Shown here one piece after another: positions 6,629-10,897 of a stretch of DNA of 10,897 nt. A model generated the notes under the pieces. The model was not told the origin of the DNA. It was given only the letters and a program-made list of their open reading frames with translations, and searched no databases. The position numbers and the translations under genes were made by a program. Within the stretch, counting starts at the first letter, position 1. Every line of letters starts with the position of its first letter. The stretch is from Dehalococcoidia bacterium (GTDB lineage Bacteria; Chloroflexota; Dehalococcoidia; GIF9; AB-539-J10): assembly GCA_003552465.1 (NCBI GenBank), contig PULQ01000031.1, positions 1-10,897 on the forward strand, read 5' to 3'.

Positions 6629-7765
6629 TCATAGGGCTTTGCCACACTGTGCACAGAACTTAGCCTGTGGTAAGGCCTGAGCACCGCATGAAGGGCAGGG
6701 CGTCCCCGAGGGAACCTTCATACCACAATTGGCACAGAACTTGGAATCACTTGCTACAGTTGCACCACAGGAGGGGCATACAGACAGCGCCGGAAGGTTA
6801 GTCCCACACTGACTGCAGAACTTAGCACCTGCCGAGAGTCTTGCTTGGCACTTAGCGCATATCAACTCAGCCGAGGATGGCAAAGGTGGCTGTGTAATCG
6901 GCTGAGTTGCTTGCTCCGCCATCTGACCGAAGGGCCCAGCCATCTTAGAGCCTATACCAAGCCCTATTCCAGCGCTCATCAGCGTTCCGGCTGCGCCGGG
7001 ATTCTTTGCAGCCTCTTCCATGACGTCCAGACCGCGAACCATCTGATACCGTTGGTCACCGAGACGCTCGATCTCGCGAGCCTTAAGGTCAATCTCCTGG
7101 ATCCGTTTTAGCTCTTCTGTCGGGATAGTAATGGAGGAGATGAAGAACTTGAGCAACTCTAGGCCGTACTTGGCGAACTCGTCCCTCAGTCGCTCCTCAA
7201 CTTGCTGGGAGATCTCATCAATGCTGGCCGTTATGGCGGCGACGGACACATTCCTGTCTACAGCATATTTCGCTACAGTGTCTTTCACTCGAGTCAGGAT
7301 CACACCCCGGAAGTATTCTAGCACCGTGTATCCCTTCCACTCCGGCATGGTTCCCACAATCTGCGTAACAAACACACGTGAGTCGGCGATACGAAGACCG
7401 AACTGACCAAAACAACCAACAGGAATCAGGACTCTGTATTTGGGGTCTTCAATTGGGATGGGCGTTCTGGTTCCCCACTTGTAATCAAGACGGGCAACCA
7501 GATTGACAAAGAATACCTCCGCCGCGAACGGGGTTTGTCGGCCGAACGGCAAGTTTACGAGCTTCTGCAACAACGGCAGGTTCTTTGTCGATAGCGTATG
7601 GGTGCCTGGACCAAACAGATCCAGAGCTTGCCCTCCCTTGAAGAACAGTGCCTCCTGACTCTCGTTCACTATGAGTTGCGCGCCCATGGTTATGTTATCT
7701 TTGCGATACTTCCAGACTAGCCAATCTAGAGGCCCATCGTACTTGATACGATCTACGACTGCCAT
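6629..7765 (-). CDS. SPFH/Band-7 family protein (YdjI or flotillin-like, PF13421-type) with three tandem C-terminal zinc-ribbon modules.
   Basis: A 378 aa ORF starts with ATG at 7763-7765, with AGGAGG (complement of 7773-7778) 7 nt upstream. Its start lies only 16 nt after the upstream gene's stop, which suggests translational coupling. The N-terminal ~230 aa (VVDRIKYDGPLDWLVWKY ... AEVFFVNLVARLDYKWGTRTPIPIEDP ...) resembles the SPFH-domain/Band-7 family that includes B. subtilis YdjI. The C-terminus is ICAKCQARLSAGAKFCSQCG / CPSCGATVASDSKFCANCG / CPSCGAQALPQAKFCAQCG, i.e. three repeats of C-x2-C-x9-10-KFC-x2-CG. Confidence 0.8.
   Translation of the reverse strand: MAVVDRIKYDGPLDWLVWKYRKDNITMGAQLIVNESQEALFFKGGQALDLFGPGTHTLSTKNLPLLQKLVNLPFGRQTPFAAEVFFVNLVARLDYKWGTRTPIPIEDPKYRVLIPVGCFGQFGLRIADSRVFVTQIVGTMPEWKGYTVLEYFRGVILTRVKDTVAKYAVDRNVSVAAITASIDEISQQVEERLRDEFAKYGLELLKFFISSITIPTEELKRIQEIDLKAREIERLGDQRYQMVRGLDVMEEAAKNPGAAGTLMSAGIGLGIGSKMAGPFGQMAEQATQPITQPPLPSSAELICAKCQARLSAGAKFCSQCGTNLPALSVCPSCGATVASDSKFCANCGMKVPSGTPCPSCGAQALPQAKFCAQCGKAL
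6632..6875 (-). repeat. Three tandem, imperfect copies of an 81-nt unit encoding the zinc-ribbon module at the 3' end of the SPFH gene.
   Basis: The octamer CAGAACTT (complement AAGTTCTG = K-F-C) recurs at 6654-6661, 6735-6742 and 6816-6823, which is exact 81-nt spacing. At protein level the repeat unit is C-x2-C-x9-10-KFC-x2-CG. Confidence 0.6.
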
Positions 7766-7781
7766 TGGAGTTCCTCCTTGT

Positions 7782-9575
7782 TCATCGTATTAGCAGTAAA
7801 TCTCTGGTGCCAAGACGGAATAGCCCCACTTCGAAAGTGGAGACATTAATGCTGTTGCACGGCGTTAAGACCTCTCGCCGTTCTGCTTTCTTCGTGTAGT
7901 ACCTAGTGACTGCTACTGGCAGTAGTACCAACCCCAACGGCCTGACATATCCCCCAGCATAACCCTTTGCTGAGGAGACAAACTGCTTCATATGCTTGAA
8001 GGCTGCGTCGGGACCCATTACGGGAACCACCGCAGGTGTTGAATGTCCGATCGAGGTAGGAGACTTTGTCGCTTCATAGCACTGACTACTAAGAGGATCG
8101 CTTGCGATTACGACATAACACTCTCTGTTGTGACGCGCAGCCTCCAAGAATACAAGACCCTCCACAGCTTGTCCCTTCTTGAATATCACTCCCTTCTGCT
8201 GCGAGAAATCTAGCTCGGCAACCCAAAATGGCAGCAGTATTCTCCTCTCGCCTTCCGCTGATTCAGTGCCACCAAACAGCGAGGAACGTACCAAAGCCTT
8301 CATCCTGCCCTCCACCCAACCGAAATCCGAGACTATCGGCAAAGACGCTTCTCCAGCCATCGAATCCACATACAGAGCAAGATTCGACAACAAAGCGGAA
8401 AGCCACCTCAGATCTGAAATAGGCCCCTTTGCCTCCTCGACCAGCTGTTCCACTGTATTGATAAAGCCGACAAATGATTCGCCTGTCTCAGCTCCGCATT
8501 GACCAAACAGCCTCACGCAAGTAGCAAGAATACGGACGCTGTATGCGTCGATACGAGTGCCTTCGCTGGCGGGGATTGTCTCTTTCGGCTCCCTTCCTGC
8601 CGATTCTATCTCAACCGCAGCCTGCTCAAGCTTTGTGGCTGCTAACTCTAGATTCCCGACTTCCGCATCTGTCATTACGCCCTCTGGGCTAGACATAAGA
8701 CGCTCCAGGGTCTTGACAGCCTCCTCTGTTGCTGCCATTCTGATCGCCAAAGCCGAGGAAAACCGAGCCAAGGAAGGGTCGACAGATGCCGATAATTGGC
8801 TGGTCCTGCCGTAGAGTTCGGCAAGGGCGCGCAGGTTTGTCTTGGCTTTATCGAATCCATCCGGCGTAGAAGCTGCTAGATGATGCCGAACGTTTGCTAG
8901 GTAACATACCTCGAGACATCTCACCTCCAGCAGATGCAGTTCATGATTCTCCCTCTCCCCTATGGCAAAGACCTTGATCTCCGGCGACTGCACACGAGCC
9001 GCGGTTTCTTTGAGTCTGTCCACCAAGTAGCTCAGGTCTGGGGTAGATTGAAGAGCTTGGTGGAAGGGAGATGAGGCGAGCTTGCCGATTGGGGAGAACG
9101 TAAACAGCGGTTGATAGCGAGTCATGGTGAACACGTCGGTGACACGTTCGCCTGCGGACTTGAGCTGAGGCAGAAGCTTATCCCTAAAGATGAACCTGCG
9201 AGAGGCCTCGTCAACCGTGGTGCCCATCCCTGCACTACCAGCTACTTGGGAGATCCACTTGCGTATGTCATCTCTGAGGCGCTCCGTTTCGTCGGCGGCT
9301 GCCTGAAGGGCAAAGGTTCCTCCGCAATACTCACAGATAGTGTTGACCTGGGACGGATCAGCGGGAAGCGGCAAAGGAGCCATACAACCCGGGCATTGCA
9401 GGGCGACAGCATCTCTCCCCAAGGCAGACACAGCAGCTGAAACAGGTTCCTCTTTGTGGCTGACTTGTGCACTGAACTTCGCCTTGAGTTGGTTGTAGGT
9501 TCCAATGTCAACCTCGCCAAGCGCCAACCGTCGGTCCAGTGCATCCAAAAGCTTCTGCAGTTCAGTGTTGTCCAT
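7782..9575 (-). CDS. Large (~598 aa) protein with an N-terminal SHOCT-like motif, a zinc ribbon, then a long helical domain of unknown function.
   Basis: The track ORF 7782..9581 starts at TTG, with an in-frame ATG two codons later at 9573-9575. The N-terminus ELQKLLDALDRRLALGEVDIGTYNQLKAKF matches the SHOCT consensus L..L..L...G.I...EY...K.K. It is followed by CPGCMAPLPLPADPSQVNTICEYCGG (a zinc ribbon). The remaining ~480 aa are predominantly helical with no enzymatic motif. There is no clear SD. The stop TGA is at 7782-7784. Confidence 0.65.
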   Translation of the reverse strand: MDNTELQKLLDALDRRLALGEVDIGTYNQLKAKFSAQVSHKEEPVSAAVSALGRDAVALQCPGCMAPLPLPADPSQVNTICEYCGGTFALQAAADETERLRDDIRKWISQVAGSAGMGTTVDEASRRFIFRDKLLPQLKSAGERVTDVFTMTRYQPLFTFSPIGKLASSPFHQALQSTPDLSYLVDRLKETAARVQSPEIKVFAIGERENHELHLLEVRCLEVCYLANVRHHLAASTPDGFDKAKTNLRALAELYGRTSQLSASVDPSLARFSSALAIRMAATEEAVKTLERLMSSPEGVMTDAEVGNLELAATKLEQAAVEIESAGREPKETIPASEGTRIDAYSVRILATCVRLFGQCGAETGESFVGFINTVEQLVEEAKGPISDLRWLSALLSNLALYVDSMAGEASLPIVSDFGWVEGRMKALVRSSLFGGTESAEGERRILLPFWVAELDFSQQKGVIFKKGQAVEGLVFLEAARHNRECYVVIASDPLSSQCYEATKSPTSIGHSTPAVVPVMGPDAAFKHMKQFVSSAKGYAGGYVRPLGLVLLPVAVTRYYTKKAERREVLTPCNSINVSTFEVGLFRLGTRDLLLIR

Positions 9576-9636
9576 GTCCAAACGTTAACGCGTGTTACCG
9601 TCATACGGACTCAGCCGCCTTGACTCGCGTATGATT

Positions 9637-10635
9637 CTAGTGGGTATGTGCTGCACGTTCAAGTGAGCGCAGCCTATCATTATGGTTCTCTAGCACTTCC
9701 TCGTGAGCCTGCAACACTTGAGTTGCCCATTCACGGACTTCATCGGCACGCATTGTGGCGTACCGATCTGCTTGGTTCTCAATAGAAGACCCGCAAATGG
9801 TGCATATGGTTACATGACCCTCCCTGTCAATCATGCGCAAGTCCTCGTTCGAGTTCTCCAATAGACGCTGGTGAAATTCTTCTGTACTAGCAGGATAATA
9901 CATGTAAAACAGGTCTCGGCCCTGCATTTCTCGGCCGCACATCCAACAGTGACTCTTAGATGACACCTGTGCGATATAGCCGTCGACCGTTTCCGACCAA
10001 TCGGTGGCTAGGGCTTGACGGAACTCTGCTGCAGACTTCTGCAGCAGATCGTGTGCTTGTGTAGGTGAAGTCATCACGACCGCGAGTGCAGAGTGATAAT
10101 CAGACAATGCCATACAATAGAAAGCACGCATCATGCCTTTGTCCACTGGGCCTTTCAAGTTCAGCCTCTCTGCTATCTCAAGGGTAGAGTTGCCCAGTTT
10201 CATGAGGACGTCAGCCGCCTTGGTATACTCAGTGGTCTTGTCGGCGCTACTGTCGCAAGCTTCCGCCTGGCGCTCGTGCAGCAGAGCAGTGAGTTCAGCA
10301 ATCAGGGGAGCAGTCTGGACCATCTCATCCTGACTTCCTATGCGCGGGACTTCGCCTATCGGTTCTAATGCCTGGATCACTTCAGGAATAGCGGACAGGT
10401 CGCGGCCATTAACCAGTTCGTACAGTGCGGCATTGGCGTGCGCTAAGCAAGCCATGCCACCGTTGCCCTCCTTAAGAAACTTCTCGCCCGCAGCGGCAAA
10501 ATTCTTGGCAGCAGCGGAATAGTCGGGCGGTTGAAGGAGTACCCCCTTCTCGTAGGCTCTCTGGTATTGCTCCTGGCCGCTAAGGCCAATCCCCATCTCC
10601 TTGCCCAGTCCTTTGACCTTGTCTAGAAAACCCAT
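9637..10635 (-). CDS. TPR-like helical protein with a C-terminal zinc ribbon. It is the first gene of the candidate cluster.
   Basis: The track ORF 9637..10659 starts at M1. I prefer the internal ATG at 10633-10635 (MGFLDKVKGLGKEMGIG...), which has GGAGG (complement of 10644-10648) 8 nt upstream. The N-terminal half is helical and TPR-like (YQRAYEKGVLLQPPDYSAAAKNFAAAGEKFLKEG...). The C-terminal region CWMCGREMQG...(~40 aa)...CTICGS forms a C-x2-C ... C-x2-C zinc ribbon followed by a charged helix. The stop TAG is at 9637-9639. Confidence 0.65.
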   Translation of the reverse strand: MGFLDKVKGLGKEMGIGLSGQEQYQRAYEKGVLLQPPDYSAAAKNFAAAGEKFLKEGNGGMACLAHANAALYELVNGRDLSAIPEVIQALEPIGEVPRIGSQDEMVQTAPLIAELTALLHERQAEACDSSADKTTEYTKAADVLMKLGNSTLEIAERLNLKGPVDKGMMRAFYCMALSDYHSALAVVMTSPTQAHDLLQKSAAEFRQALATDWSETVDGYIAQVSSKSHCWMCGREMQGRDLFYMYYPASTEEFHQRLLENSNEDLRMIDREGHVTICTICGSSIENQADRYATMRADEVREWATQVLQAHEEVLENHNDRLRSLERAAHTH

Positions 10636-10688
10636 CGCTGTACCTCCATTAACCCACAAATGGTGATCCGGGCCTTGCTTATCATGAT

Positions 10689-10717
10689 AGTCTATATATG
10701 ACGACTTGCTCTGTCAA
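10689..10717 (-). promoter_or_regulatory. Candidate sigma70-like promoter for the six-gene cluster: -35 TTGACA, 17-nt spacer, -10 TAGACT inside an AT-rich CATATATAGACT stretch.
   Basis: Read on the minus strand, TTGACA occupies 10717-10712. After a 17-nt spacer, TAGACT occupies 10694-10689. The predicted TSS is about 45-50 nt upstream of the ATG at 10635. No gene enters from the right edge; I checked all three minus frames and each hits a stop within ~15 codons. Confidence 0.35.
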
Positions 10718-10897
10718 GCCCCACACGAGTGTTTGTCAGACGATTCTCAAGAACAGCAACCCCAGCCATGTCACCGGGCACCCAGAGTCGGCCACTCTCA
10801 GGCTGGTCAAATGCCGCCACATGTAGCGAGACAAGAGATGGTTGATCCGGTCTACCAAGTCAAGAGTTCATCGACCTGCCTGCTGCACAATGCCGAG

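Noticed and set aside
9242-9604. 120 aa minus-strand ORF starting at an ATG upstream of the SHOCT-protein gene.
   Set aside because: It is out of frame with, and overlaps, the 598 aa gene, whose N-terminus carries a clear SHOCT-like motif and zinc ribbon. The 120 aa product is Trp- and Arg-rich nonsense, so it is an alternative-frame artefact.
1-10897. A CRISPR array, mobile element or prophage content.
   Set aside because: There are no regularly spaced direct repeats of 25-40 bp and no transposase, integrase or phage structural gene signatures. The only tandem repeat (81-nt x3) is intragenic and encodes zinc-ribbon modules.

Overview
All substantive coding in this ~10.9 kb window is on the minus strand, with about 55% GC. 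I call ten CDSs; six of them, the candidate undescribed system described below, have Shine-Dalgarno motifs (GGAGG, AAGGAG, AGGAG) 4-8 nt upstream of the chosen start, most at 7-8 nt. That pattern points to a bacterial-type genome. No rRNA, tRNA, CRISPR array, transposase or integrase is visible.

The window has two parts. The left third (positions 1-3477) encodes envelope or secreted proteins. These are two tandem paralogous Ig-like secreted proteins, a secreted protein carrying one Listeria-Bacteroides (Flg_new) repeat, and a membrane-anchored cyclophilin-type peptidyl-prolyl isomerase.

The right two thirds (3938-10717) is a co-directional six-gene cluster with short or SD-filled junctions and an apparent sigma70-like promoter at its upstream end. 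In transcription order it encodes:
- a TPR-like protein with a C-terminal zinc ribbon;
- a ~598 aa protein with an N-terminal SHOCT-like motif followed by a zinc ribbon;
- an SPFH/Band-7 protein (YdjI or flotillin-like, PF13421-type) ending in three tandem zinc-ribbon modules, encoded by an 81-nt triplicated DNA repeat;
- a 4-TM protein with a long coiled-coil tail;
- a protein with an N-terminal zinc ribbon followed by TPR-like repeats;
- a 2-TM protein with a ~200 aa soluble domain.

None of the six has a Walker, nuclease or other recognisable enzymatic motif. I read this cluster as a candidate, apparently undescribed, zinc-ribbon/SPFH membrane-scaffold system. It loosely resembles the Bacillus pspA-ydjGHI module and could act in envelope stress or in phage defence. 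Domain assignments rest on motif-level reading only and need profile searches. The plus-strand ORFs in the track are antisense shadows of the minus-strand genes.
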